From the NCBI GenBank assembly GCA_030770535.1, contig JASVEC010000028.1, positions 496,001-560,000 of the forward strand: a stretch of 64,000 nt of DNA, written 5' to 3'. Source of the DNA: Batkoa obscura. Its lineage: Eukaryota. This document shows, one piece after another, positions 11,900 through 23,997 of the stretch. The notes beneath the pieces are model-generated. The model had not been told where the DNA came from. It saw nothing but the letters and a program-made list of their open reading frames with translations, and did no database searches. Position 1 is the stretch's first letter, and each line of letters starts with the position of its first letter. A program made the translations under genes and the position numbers.

Positions 11900-14066
11900 T
11901 TAAAAGTAACCTGCTCCAAACTGGTTAGCATAAGCCATAGCGCGAATATTAGGATGTGGCTAATAAAATTTGTTTAATATGTCTTTACTTTACTCAATGA
12001 CTATAAAGCTTACCACTGCGTTAAATTTGTTATATTTTACATTTAATTCACTATCTATATGAATATAAGCCCCTTCATTACCCACCGAATCACTAACAAT
12101 AATAATCATCAATATGTTTGGGTGCTATAATAATCATCTCTTACCAATAGTTTGGTGCGGAAAACACAGTAATACATTTACCATCGTGCTCAATTACATA
12201 TCCTGAATCTTTAACCTCGTGAGAACGAATCAAAAGATCTATTTAATCAACGTTATTGAATATGGTTAAATACAGCTTAAACTTAGTTTACCAAGGTTAT
12301 TTTGTTTTAAGAATTTGTGTGTAACATCAGGACCAAATTGAATACCAATGCCACGTTTAGAAGGTGATCTACCATTCTATATAAAATTATATTAATAAAT
12401 ATTGATAGTACTAATACAAATAAACTTACTTGTGGTTGAGGATCAGACCATAATAACTCACACATTAAACCTAAATAAAAAACTAGCACCAATATAAAAA
12501 AGATTAAGGATCAAGTAAATTACCTTCATTAGGAGGTTGAGAGAAACGGTTGATTTTTCTTATATCATCTAAGGTAACATCATCTTTAGAAAACAAACCA
12601 CCATGAACAACTAAAACCTTATTTTTAATTAAATGGGCTAATGGAAGTCCATTGAATATCTCAGAGAACAATTGGAACATTAAGTCTGAAAATGTAAACA
12701 TAAAAGTTAAGAATAAAATCTCAAATATAATAAATATAATAGTAATAATAAAAAAGGATATTTTGCTTTAACTTCACCTTCAAAGCCATAGACTTTGTTC
12801 ATGTTATCAGTTTCATGATTACCACGATTAAGATAGATCGAGTTGGGGTATGTCACCTTATATGCTAATAAAGTCAGTATCACTTCTACTGAAAAGGAAC
12901 CTCGATCAACGAAATCGCCATTAAACAAATACATGTTTTTATCACTTGGTAATCCATTCAATTTAAAGATGTTTAATAAATCATAGTATTGTCCTATTTA
13001 TCATGATAATTATTAGCTACAACTATACTATTATTACAAAGCAATGTATTACCATGAGTATCACCACATACTGTTAATTTAGTACCTTCAGGTATATCGA
13101 TATCAACTAAAGTTGGTAAAGCAGTCAACATTTCTTTACATTTAAGTAAAATCTGATAATAGCGAAAATTTAGTATTTAGGAACGTATTAGTATGTAATT
13201 TACCTTATAAGCATATTTTCTATGAATTTTCTTCTGGTTTTTAAACCTTTCTATTAAATCATCAATAAACTCTTGATTAAACTCGTCGTCTTGTAACTTA
13301 TAACCATCATAGTTGTCCTCGATAGCTATTAAAAATGTTTGTATGAAATCTTTTTATGTTATTTTGTATATTATTATTACTCATTGAATCAAGATCAATC
13401 GCCTCAGAGATGCTTTTAGCTGAGTTTTCTGACTAAAATATATCATGAAAATACAATTAAGTGTGTAATAAACTTAAATTACTTGAATGGCTTGCTCGAA
13501 TTTTTCTCTACGAACGATTTTTTCACACTCTTTTAACTTACTAATAGCATCTGCATCCTTTGGTCGAAGCTTAGCTACCTTAATTTAATTATTACTATCA
13601 TTGTTCACACAATTATACATAATTATTTTTACCATTCTGAAATCCTTCAAACTTTCACTAAACTTCGCTAGTGCCATATTGGCTATCCCTCTTCTATAAT
13701 AGCCCTAATAAACTAAATTAATCACCTCTGCTTTTTACACTATTACTATCATACTTTGACAAAGCTTTTATCCAAAGCGATAGCAGCTTCAGAGTCAGAA
13801 ATAGCAGCACCATAAGCCTCCAATTTGATGTGAGCAAAAGCTCTATTGGTATAATAGCTAGGAACCGATGGGTTTAACTCAATAGCTTTTGTATAGTTTT
13901 CTATTGATAATGTATATTTCTTTTCTTTATATAAAATTTTGATATTTAAATTTATTTTTATACATTATCTTATTATATACTTACGAGAAAAATACTTATT
14001 AGCAGTATCCTTAAAATTTTCTGCTTGAGTTATGGTTTCGCCATCTAATATTAATTGACTGCTCAT
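11900..14066 (-). CDS. PPT1: Serine/threonine protein phosphatase 5 (TPR + PPP domain), 14 exons including one AT-AC intron
   Basis: TPR region ([29 protein letters not shown]); PPP motifs [55 protein letters not shown]-terminus [12 protein letters not shown]. Confidence 0.95.
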
Positions 14067-14274
14067 CTTTAGTTATTTTAAAAGGAGTAATTTTTTGAAA
14101 TTTTCGATCACTTTTTAATGGTTTGTGCATAATTATTTTTGGTTTTTATATTTCCTTATATAGTAAAAGGCCTTCAATTAAAACAATAAATTAATTTAAG
14201 TTTTGTACTTATTTTATTATAAAAAAACAAAATAAATAAAAGTTGTACTGTGATGAAAAATAAATTAAAATAAA

Positions 14275-15802
14275 TCAGGGATCATCATCATCAATACAAG
14301 ATATAGTAGGACTAAGCTGGGTAGTATCTTTTCCATTTTTAGTTGGGTCAACAGCCTGAATAGCACATACCCTAGCCAACTCTTTTTGATATAATAGCTC
14401 ATAACTAAAAGAGCCACGTACTGTTAAATCAAAAGGATCTTTAATAATATCAGCCCTAAAAAAAATCACATTAATTCATTTATATTTAAAATATATCAGT
14501 TAGCCTTACCATGCTATTGTTTTATTCAAGTCATCACCAAACTTACCAGGGTCAAGTAGACGAACAGTGGTAGATAAAGTAACTGGTACCCCTCTCTTTT
14601 GCCAGAAATAATAACCTGGATAAACTAAAGGTTCATCAACATGATGAACGTCTCCTAAATAAATAACAGATGGATTATCTAAAATAAAGGGGTTAAACGC
14701 CAAATTTTGTTACCATTAGTAATAACTACCTTGTGGATCCAGAGTATGATTTCCTTTAGGGGTGACATAAATACCCAGTGTACATTGCTGAACACTTATA
14801 GACCAAAGGTTCCAGTTAGCCCCTCTAACATGGATATAAAAAGTCAAACTATTCTCTGCTGCTAAAACACTTTTAATATTTACAATGGCAACATCAACTA
14901 GAGGGAGGGTGGACATAGAATAAATAGCCATAAAAAAGGAACAGATGGAGATCAATACTAAAATACTAAACAAAGAGATATCACTCATCATCCTCTTTCT
15001 TCTTTTAAAGTTATTGTTTTTATTCCAAATTTGTATAAAAGTTTCATCTTCTGAGTCTGTAAACGATTGAAAATGTTGACTAAGTTTACGGTCCTTTATT
15101 ATACTGCCATAATTCTTTTTTTTCTTTTTTGTTGATTTGTCTGGTGATACAAACGCGTTTTGTTCATAGTATAAATTTTTATCGTATTCTAACTCTGGGT
15201 GAAATTCTATATTTTTCTTCTTTTTTATTGTATTATTACTATACTTATATTTGATTGGCTTATTATATAAATATTCCTCTTGTTCGTCACTATCTAAATA
15301 AGAATCCGAGTCACTTCCCTTTACTGATAATATATTCGAGTTCATAGCTTTGTTTTCCATTTTATTTTTGTTTATCTTTTTATTTTTATTCTCATACTAA
15401 TAATAAAATATTTAAAATTTAAAATTCAAAATCATTGCCGCTTACCATTGCATAGTTATCTCCATTATTATTTTTAGTTTCCATAGTTTCAATAGACAAT
15501 CTTCTTTCAGATCCTTTAGGTGCTGACTTTTGCAAAAAATATTGCTTCCTTTCATGATCTTCCTCTGTATTCTCTTCTTGAAACAAGTTTGGGGTGCTTG
15601 GTTGATGGGTATACCTTTTAGAGTGTGACACGGTTTCTCTATAATCCGGAACGTCTAAAAATACCGATGTTGGATTGAAAAATAATTTAGGACTTGGTGG
15701 TGCATCCCTTTTATTACTGTATCCAAACACACCTGCTTGTTCATCAAGTTCGCTATCGTCTAAATCTGTAAGTTGACTTAACATTGCTTTTGGATAACTC
15801 AT
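14275..15802 (-). CDS. VAC7: Vacuolar segregation protein 7-like (disordered N-terminus, TM helix, Vac7/LEA2-like domain), 4 exons
   Basis: TM followed by PLVDVAIVNIKSVLAAENSLTFYIHVRGANWN..YLGDVHHVDEPL..VRLLDPGK..W.DIIKDPFDLTVRGSFSY. Confidence 0.75.
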
Positions 15803-16529
15803 GCTTTGTTTTTTAGTTATTTTTCTATTCCTCTTTTATTTGTCTATCACCTGTTAAAAATTAGATTTTAGCTTTTATTGGCTGGAGTAATTTTTGCTAA
15901 CTGGCACAGTATTTTGCCACTATTGGTTCTATTGAACAATGTGTTTAATCGTGAGTTTGGAATGTTAAGGAAAATGACATTATTAGAATTCCAAGCTTTT
16001 ATAAAATACTAAACTGGTTCATTTCTCTAGCTTGTTAGTTTGACTTGATAAAGTTTAACAGCTAAAAGTAAAGCCAATAAAAACAGAATAAAAGAGAATT
16101 AAAACAAAAAATTACAGTGAATACTAAAAAGGCACTAAATGTTTTTTAAAATCAATTAATATTATAACTCAATGTAATTAAATTGATAAAATGTATTAAA
16201 ATATAAAGCATAAATTACCTAAGCTATTTTATTTACTAAAACCATTTTTAACATAATTTTTCAAATCTTTTTAACTATCAAAAACATTCATGTAATAATA
16301 TTGTTTAATAAAAAAACTTAAACTGAATTTATGCTATAATAGCGTAGATTTAAAGGTACGCCTTTAGACTAATTCACACCTCCAAACCTATGGTACTTTC
16401 TTTTACATACTTTAACAATTTTAAATTATTTTGTAAAGCTTATGTGTATAATAAATTATAATTATAAAATGCAAAGTTTTAGATGATAATAAAAATCAAT
16501 GTAATAAACACTTTATTTCTTAATCAGTC

Positions 16530-17267
16530 CTAACGAGTAATGAGAGCACCATTAACAAAAATGGTTTGAGCATTGACCCATTTAGCCTTATCAGAAACCA
16601 AAAACTCAACTACTGGTAACACATCTTCTACAAGCCCTAATCTTTTAGCTGGTGTCATATTTGTAAACATTTCAACTGATTCTTTTGATTCCTGGCCATG
16701 GAAAAAGCTAGTATCAATAGGACCTGGAGCTACAGTATTAACAGTAACGCCTCTATGACCTAATTCCTTTGCCAAAGCTCTAGTAAAGTGTTCTAAAGCA
16801 GATTTAGACCCTGCATAAGCCGAATAGAATGGGGTGGTAACAGCCAACAATGAAGTACCCATATTAATAATACGACCATTATCATTAATGCATCTAGCAG
16901 CTTCTTGCATAACAAAAAAGGCTGCTTTAGAATTGATACCAAAGACTCGGTCATATTCTTCTTCAGAAATATCAATAAATGGTTTCTTTAAGACTTCTCC
17001 AGCGTTGTTGATGACGATGTCTACACCTCCATATTTAGCAGTGATCTTTTGAAAGATATCTTTGATTACATTGACTTTGGTGAGGTCACCTTGGACAATT
17101 AAAGAATCACTGGAGAGTGCCGCTACCTCTTCAGCTGCTGCACGAGAATTATCACTATGATAATGTACAACCAATTTAGCACCCTCTTTGGCTAAATGTT
17201 CAGCAAAAGAACGACCCATGTTTTTACTGGAACCAGTGATGAAAGCTACTTTGTTATTTAAACTCAT
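16530..17267 (-). CDS. Short-chain dehydrogenase/reductase, copy A, intronless
   Basis: ITGSSKNMG Rossmann motif, NNAG, YAGSK catalytic YxxxK, VAPGPIDT. Confidence 0.95.
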   Translation of the reverse strand: MSLNNKVAFITGSSKNMGRSFAEHLAKEGAKLVVHYHSDNSRAAAEEVAALSSDSLIVQGDLTKVNVIKDIFQKITAKYGGVDIVINNAGEVLKKPFIDISEEEYDRVFGINSKAAFFVMQEAARCINDNGRIINMGTSLLAVTTPFYSAYAGSKSALEHFTRALAKELGHRGVTVNTVAPGPIDTSFFHGQESKESVEMFTNMTPAKRLGLVEDVLPVVEFLVSDKAKWVNAQTIFVNGALITR

Positions 17268-17409
17268 TTTGATTTTTGATTTTTTTTTGATTATTACTCA
17301 GTTAACATTGGGGTATTTATACTTGATGGTTTATGTTGACAACGTCATTTTAAAAGGGTTTAAAGTGACTTTACCTTATTTTGACCTTATTTAGAAGGAT
17401 TTAATATAT

Positions 17410-17505
17410 AGGTGTGTTTTTTGGTTTCATTATTTTTTCCATTTTTGAGCACTATTTGAGTGGAAAGATTGTTAGTAAAATCCTTAAACAAAAAAATACA
17501 TCCCC
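17410..17505 (-). mobile_element. MITE copy in SDR-A promoter
   Basis: Family consensus; flanks ATAT/ATAT. Confidence 0.88.
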
Positions 17506-18528
17506 ATATATAACAGTCATTTTAAATTTGAGACTCTAATATCATAATCCCTTTTATTCAATATTAGCTATGTTCAGTTAATACTATAAGATGCCTTTTT
17601 AGTTACTCAATTCCAATTTATACTTATAACTTTAACGCTTAACTACTGTTTCTACAACTCTAGTAATAAATTAGTAGCATATAATATATCATAGTTTTTA
17701 AACAAGGGCAAAAATGTTAAGATTAAGTTGGAATCTCTTATTATGATAGTAACATAAATATATTGATACTTGTTCAAGGCAGCTTAAGCTGCCTTTGGTT
17801 AAAAGCCTATGTTGTTGAAATTGCTTAGAAGCTTAATACTTTGTTATTTAAACTTTAATACTTGAAAGGATATTTTGTGTATTTTTTGAAACTGCAATTC
17901 GAAATATAATCGGGGCCATGTTAAGCGCTTGCTTTAAATTCGAATCCTAATTGAAAATTTAAATTATTCTGGATTCAGCTTAGCATCTTGTTTTGTTAGT
18001 TTTACCTGCAATACTGCTTATGCTTAAAGAATAAAAGATTAATGTAACCGTTTTCAGAATAATCGGACTTAATTAAATTTATGTTAAAAAACAAAAGTGA
18101 AATTTCAACCCGATTAATTGAGATAGAATTTTTGTCATACTACTGTAGTAGAATAAATATCTTTATATCAGTATTGTTAAAAGCCTTACAGTAATTTTTT
18201 GATTAAAAATAGCAAAAATAATCAAACTATAAAATATTAATCAAATAAAACACTTGGGTTTTCAAGCTTTTAAGGATTAAAAAATAAAATTAAAAATAAT
18301 AATGTTTTATTAGATTACTTCATACAAGTGATTCCTAAAACTTTGTCATTTTTACAATAAAATAATTTTTATTTCAAATAAAACTATACTTAAGTATATA
18401 GTCCCAAGGAGGTTATTTTAACTGTTTATTTTTAATAAAATTATAAATTAGTTGTAAGTAGTTGAGATTTTAAGTAACTAATTTTATAGATATGAGAAAC
18501 CCCATGAATTGACTTCCAATGTCCATTT

Positions 18529-18623
18529 GGGGGCGTTTTTTTGGCTTCACTTTTTCCATCTTTTAAGCGCTATTTGAGCAGAAAGATTGTTAGTAAAATT
18601 CTTAAACACAAAAATACATCCCC
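18529..18623 (-). mobile_element. MITE copy
   Basis: GGGGG...CATCCCC; flanks ATTT/ATTT. Confidence 0.9.
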
Positions 18624-18895
18624 ATTTAGATTTTTACATTTAGAAATTTTTATTATTACTTTGGTAATTTTAATTAAAGTATCTGCCTAGAATAAATGCT
18701 GCTAATTTAATGCAGCAGGATTTCTTGTCTTAATAGATACCAAAGGTTTTTATGTCATTAAAAGCCCAGGTCTTTTATATCTCCAAAGACTTGATGCCAC
18801 TAAAAAATAAACAGCAGGAATATATCTTCCACTTTATTTTTCTCAAGTAAGACTTTTCCATTTTTCTCCAAAGATTTTTTCTAAAAACTATATAC

Positions 18896-18994
18896 GGGGG
18901 TGTTTTTTTTGGTTTCATTATTTTTTCCATCTTTTAAGCGCTATTTCAGCAGAAAGATTGTTAGTAAAATTCTTAAACATAAAAATACACCCCC
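18896..18994 (-). mobile_element. MITE copy
   Basis: GGGGG...CACCCCC; flanks ATAC/ATAT. Confidence 0.9.
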
Positions 18995-19010
18995 ATATAC
19001 AAACAAACAC

Positions 19011-19110
19011 AGGAATATATTTTTCTGTAAGAATTTTACTAACAATCTTTTCTGCTCAAATAGCGCTTAAAAAATAGAAGAAGTGATGAAACCAAAAAAA
19101 ACATCTACAC
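19011..19110 (+). mobile_element. MITE copy with decayed ends, head-to-head with the previous copy
   Basis: Core AGAATTTTACTAACAATCTTTTCTGCTCAAATAGCGCTTAAAA. Confidence 0.82.
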
Positions 19111-19305
19111 ATGCTTCACTTAAAATTTTACATTTCAAATTTAGTATTTTATTTTTTAATTATAACTTTAAGTCTTCCACTTAAAGTTACTTGAAATTAA
19201 AACCATTACATTAATATAGATTTTCATAATAAATTTAGTAATGGTTTTATAACTTATTTTAATAGCTATAATCATAATAAAACTATTAATACTTAAATAT
19301 AGCAT

Positions 19306-19768
19306 TGTGAAATATTGCTTTATTAGCTCTCGAATTGATTATAACACAACAATCACTTAAGTTGCTGTGTTCTCAAGTTCAAACACAATCAAGTCAGAGT
19401 CCTTTATTTTGATTTGCTGCGAGAATTTATAACTTCATATTGCAAACAATATTATCCTCTCGTTTTGATATCCATACTTGTTGGAGTATAAAAGGGATTC
19501 TTCAACATGATAACTCGAGGCTTTTTAATTGGATTACTCCCTGATAACGTATCGTTAATAAAGTCACTAAGTCTTTCTGACAACATCTGATATAGATTTT
19601 ATAGTAGTATCTTCCATTGTATTTGTTTTACATAATTCGTAGCTTACTACATACTATTTCTATTAAGTTAAGTCTATCTTAGTTACATAAACTAAGACCG
19701 TTCGACTCAAGGCAAGTTAATAAGCAAGAGTAGCTTTTAACTCCGACCACTGAGTATCAACTTTCACA
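19306..19768 (+). mobile_element. Solo LTR (463 bp)
   Basis: TGTGAAA...TTTCACA termini, 4-bp TSD GCAT/GCAT, internal TATAAAA then AATAAA; full-length homologue at 55132-55596. Confidence 0.85.
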
Positions 19769-19974
19769 GCATATACATTTAAAATTCATTTTTAATATTA
19801 ACTAATTTTTCAACTAAAAAAATGTTTAATTCTTGACTTTTTATTTATTAATTTTATATAGTTTGTTCTAAATTTCAAGTTTTATATAGTTGAGACACTG
19901 TGTTAATGCTATAAAATCCATTTTAATAGCATTTATTTAAACAATATTAAAATTTTAAGTCTTTTTAAATATAT

Positions 19975-20065
19975 AGGAGTGTCTCTTTTGTTCATGAAAT
20001 TTGCTATTACCTTTCCCACTCAATAGTGCTTAAAAAATAGAAAAAACAATGAAATTAAAATCTCC
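19975..20065 (+). mobile_element. Degenerate MITE copy
   Basis: CCACTCAATAGTGCTTAAAAAATAGAAAAAACAATGAAA core. Confidence 0.6.
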
Positions 20066-20270
20066 AGTTTTACTTTTTAAATATACTGAACTTTTAGTAT
20101 TTTCAAGTAATCCAAATTATATATTTATTAAACAAATTGAATTGTTTTATTTAAGACCTTATAAGGTATAAAATTTTAAACTACATTACCTGTATAGCAA
20201 AGTAAACTTTCACATAGAACCAAACTATATTTAATTAACACAATTCAGTAGGAATTATGAATTAGTATTA

Positions 20271-20335
20271 GGGGATGTATTTTTTTGTTAAGAATTCTAT
20301 TGACAATCTTTCCACTCAAATAGTGCTTAAAAAAT
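20271..20335 (+). mobile_element. Truncated MITE copy
   Basis: GGGGATGTATTTTTT..TCTTTCCACTCAAATAGTGCTTAAAA; right end missing. Confidence 0.75.
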
Positions 20336-22001
20336 AATTGATTATTCTATTAAAAAATTTAATATATAACAAAAATTACATTCATTTTATTATTGCTTAT
20401 TATTATCCAAAAGACCTATTGTTCATTTAATTCTATAAATTTCAACTATCAATAAATCAATAGCAAATAACTTTCATTCATTATCAATTACTACTGTCTC
20501 CTATTAAAACTTCAACCCTGGTAAATAATATTAAGTGCTAAAAATAATATTTACATTTCCTTTATTTTTTTTTCTAAAGGGAATGACGATTACCCAATTA
20601 CCAAAATCAACTAATTTACACTTAGACCATCCATTTATACTTAAAAAAGTTGAATAAATAAAAGCGATAATTAACCGAATATTAAATATTATAAATAGTA
20701 TTAAATCGCAGTATTTTTGATATTGATAATCTGAACTTATTAGCTTATGAAATTATAGAATTTAAAATTATTTTATTTTCATAATTCTAGGCTTTTTAAA
20801 AGCTTATGAAAATCTTATAATGAATATGATATGTTTTCATGATAGTATTAAAAATAGCAAAATAATTACTAAATATAATAAATCAACATTTAAAGTAATT
20901 CGTAAATTCCAGTCTTCCGTTAAAATATTGATTTTGTATATTAAAAAAACAACATTATATACTGGTTTTATCAATGCTCAAAGTTATGAAAAATACTGTG
21001 TCATTTTATTGTTATAAATAGTAATTGGGGGTAAATGATAAATATTAATGATCCATTTGCTTTTTAAAAATATAAACAATCTTTCTCTCATTTTAATGTA
21101 GTTCTTTAAATTGCGAACTATTATTTTTTAACATTGCATTTAACATTCTATCTCGCTATTTAGATTATTACTTATTAGTAATTATAATTTTTATATATTA
21201 TATTAAATTTAATACTAATAAATCGTTAACATTCTGATTTTTAATTCAACGTTTAATTAATTGAAATTAATGTTATATTATTTAAAAAAGTAAATACCTC
21301 AATATAAAAATCAAGATTTTTTACTTAAAAAGATTTTATCATAATGGCTAAATTTAGTAGCTTTTAAATAAAAATACCGTTGTTATAAGGGTAATAATAA
21401 TAGTAATCATTAAAACATTAAAAGAAAGATTAAATTCTTATAATTTATGATTTATAATTTGTTTCTATAATTTTTAATCTACTTTATTTAATATTGTTAT
21501 TTAATAACAATACCAGCTATTTAGACTATAATTTATTTGTAATTCTTTATTAGCTAATCAATTTCAAAAAGAATAAAAAGTGGTAATTATTTATTATTAA
21601 ATCCTAAAAAAGCTATCACAAATTTCAATTTCAATCTTAAAAAATGTTAATAAAATAGTTAGCTTAGTTAAGTCATCCCTTAATCATTCTAAACAAAAAA
21701 ATTCAAGAACACTTTTTTTTGCTTATTTTTAATATTTGACCAATGAACTCAGTCAAGATAAAGATTTAACCAATTAAAATGGTAGTTGAACTTTTCAAGC
21801 ACCAATATTATTTTCATTTGATCACTCCCAAATCTTCCTACTTACTGTTTTATATTTATGAAGATTTTGGTTTCAATTAAGCACCAAAATGTCAAGTTAA
21901 AAAAAAATGAAAGTGAATTTTTATTACTTCATCTTTTTTTAACTTTCTAATTTTTATTAAATTTCTCTTCTATTTAAACAATATTGTAGTTACAAGGAGC
22001 A

Positions 22002-23843
22002 ATGCACGAAGCCATTATTTCAACGGATACATCCAAATTAAAGCCAAGAGCTTCATTGAACCGATGTGATCAATGTGCAAAAAAAAGAAAGGGCTGTGAT
22101 CGAACATATCCTATCTGTGATAACTGTGAAAAAGGTGGAATAACATGTACTTATTTAAGAAAATTACAAAGAAATAAATTACGTACAATGGCCATGGATC
22201 AAAACTCATTTAATTTTAGAATGGATAATAAATCAGATAAAGAAAAAAATAATGATGAAAATGATAAAAACGAACAATTAATAAGTTATACACAAAATAT
22301 TCAATTTGTTATACCTAATGAAAAGATTCATGCTTTATCAATTATTCAATTAAGTTCAGATAATGCACCTAAAAGATATCGAATTATTAATTTATTAACT
22401 TTATTACAATTTCCTGATTTAAGTAGTAAAAATAAGGATTTAAAGTTATTTATGACCTTAACTAAATTATTAAATGATGATAAAGGTATTGAAAAACAAG
22501 AATTTCATCCATTAAAGATGTTTCGTATTAATTTACCACGACTACCAATTATATTAAATCAAGCTAAACAAACTTTTCTAAGAAATCCCAATTTGTTTAG
22601 TCCAATTACAATTGAAAGTATTTATCTTCAATCAACTCGAAGTAAATTATTAAATTATTCAATTTATTTAAGTGGGCTATTATTAATGGACTCCGATCCT
22701 TTTATTTCGTCTTTAATTGATAATTTAACAGCACAAATTCAATATTTATTATCTTTTAATAAACTAAAAATCAATTTAAATACAGTTCAAGCAATAGTTA
22801 TATTATTAATGGGTATTAACAATATTGGATTTATAAATAGAATACAATATTCATTAGCATCAATTGCATTAAAAATAGCCCATAATATCGGATTACATTT
22901 ATCTCAACCTAATTTACATCCAAAAATTCAATTAGAAAGAATGTTAACTTATAATTCTTTAATGTTTTATGTTAATTTTTCACCTTTAATGAATAATGTA
23001 TTATTAATGAATGATATTCAATTTCAGCCTAATAAATCATTAAAAAGATACTTAAATTATTTTAGTCAATTACCAATTAATACAATTTCATTAAGTAAAT
23101 TAATTGAAATTTGTTCAATTCATTTTAATCAATGTTTATCTTATTTTAATTTGTATTTATTTGAATTAGCCAAATTAAAAGAAAAAATAGTAGACCGTAA
23201 ACAAGATAAATCTCATTATGAATTACAATGCAAACAATTAATTGAAAAATTATTATTGAAAAATTCAAAAATATTACAAAAATTATACCAATTAAAAGCC
23301 AATTTAATTGGTGATTTAGATAAAATTAATATAGTTCAAGTAAGTATTGATGCTATTGCTTTTCGTTGTCATTATTTTCAATTTTTTAATTTTTCTTTAT
23401 CTTTATATAATCCAATTAAACAACCTCATCATCATACTTCCTATACACCTTTTAAACCCAATAAAGATCAATTAAATAAAGCATTAGAAGCATGTGCTTG
23501 TGTATTAGAATATGGTATTAAACTCAATATTAACTATAATTTTTATGGTTCCGTTGGTATGACTTCAGCTTGTTTTATATTTATATTACGTTATTTAGAT
23601 CAAGTAGAAATTAATTCTAATATGAATAAGAGATTGTCAAAAGCTTTAAAAAAATGTCGAGATCATTTCTTAATATTAAAAAAAGTCAAATTTCAATATA
23701 AATTAGCTACTTTAAATTTACAATTGTTTGATCAAATTATTAATGAATTAAATTTAAATTCAAATATTAAAAACAAATTATTAAAATCAACAACAACAAC
23801 AACAACATCATCATCATCAAAACAACTTACTTTTAAAGTTTAA
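22002..23843 (+). CDS. Zn(II)2Cys6 fungal transcription factor, intronless
   Basis: CDQCAKKRKGCDRTYPICDNCEKGGITC cluster; MHR-like NTVQAIVILL..ALKIAHNIGLH..ER. Confidence 0.9.
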   Translation: MHEAIISTDTSKLKPRASLNRCDQCAKKRKGCDRTYPICDNCEKGGITCTYLRKLQRNKLRTMAMDQNSFNFRMDNKSDKEKNNDENDKNEQLISYTQNIQFVIPNEKIHALSIIQLSSDNAPKRYRIINLLTLLQFPDLSSKNKDLKLFMTLTKLLNDDKGIEKQEFHPLKMFRINLPRLPIILNQAKQTFLRNPNLFSPITIESIYLQSTRSKLLNYSIYLSGLLLMDSDPFISSLIDNLTAQIQYLLSFNKLKINLNTVQAIVILLMGINNIGFINRIQYSLASIALKIAHNIGLHLSQPNLHPKIQLERMLTYNSLMFYVNFSPLMNNVLLMNDIQFQPNKSLKRYLNYFSQLPINTISLSKLIEICSIHFNQCLSYFNLYLFELAKLKEKIVDRKQDKSHYELQCKQLIEKLLLKNSKILQKLYQLKANLIGDLDKINIVQVSIDAIAFRCHYFQFFNFSLSLYNPIKQPHHHTSYTPFKPNKDQLNKALEACACVLEYGIKLNINYNFYGSVGMTSACFIFILRYLDQVEINSNMNKRLSKALKKCRDHFLILKKVKFQYKLATLNLQLFDQIINELNLNSNIKNKLLKSTTTTTTSSSSKQLTFKV

Positions 23844-23997
23844 TTTAAAATTTACTTATTCTTATTCCTATCCTCTCCTTATTTTTTATTCTTTTCCATC
23901 TTCAATTTTATAATTTTTGACATTCTACTTTTTTTTTTAAATAAAATAAATCCCAAATTTAATAATAATTTAAATAATACAACATATAGATTTAAAT

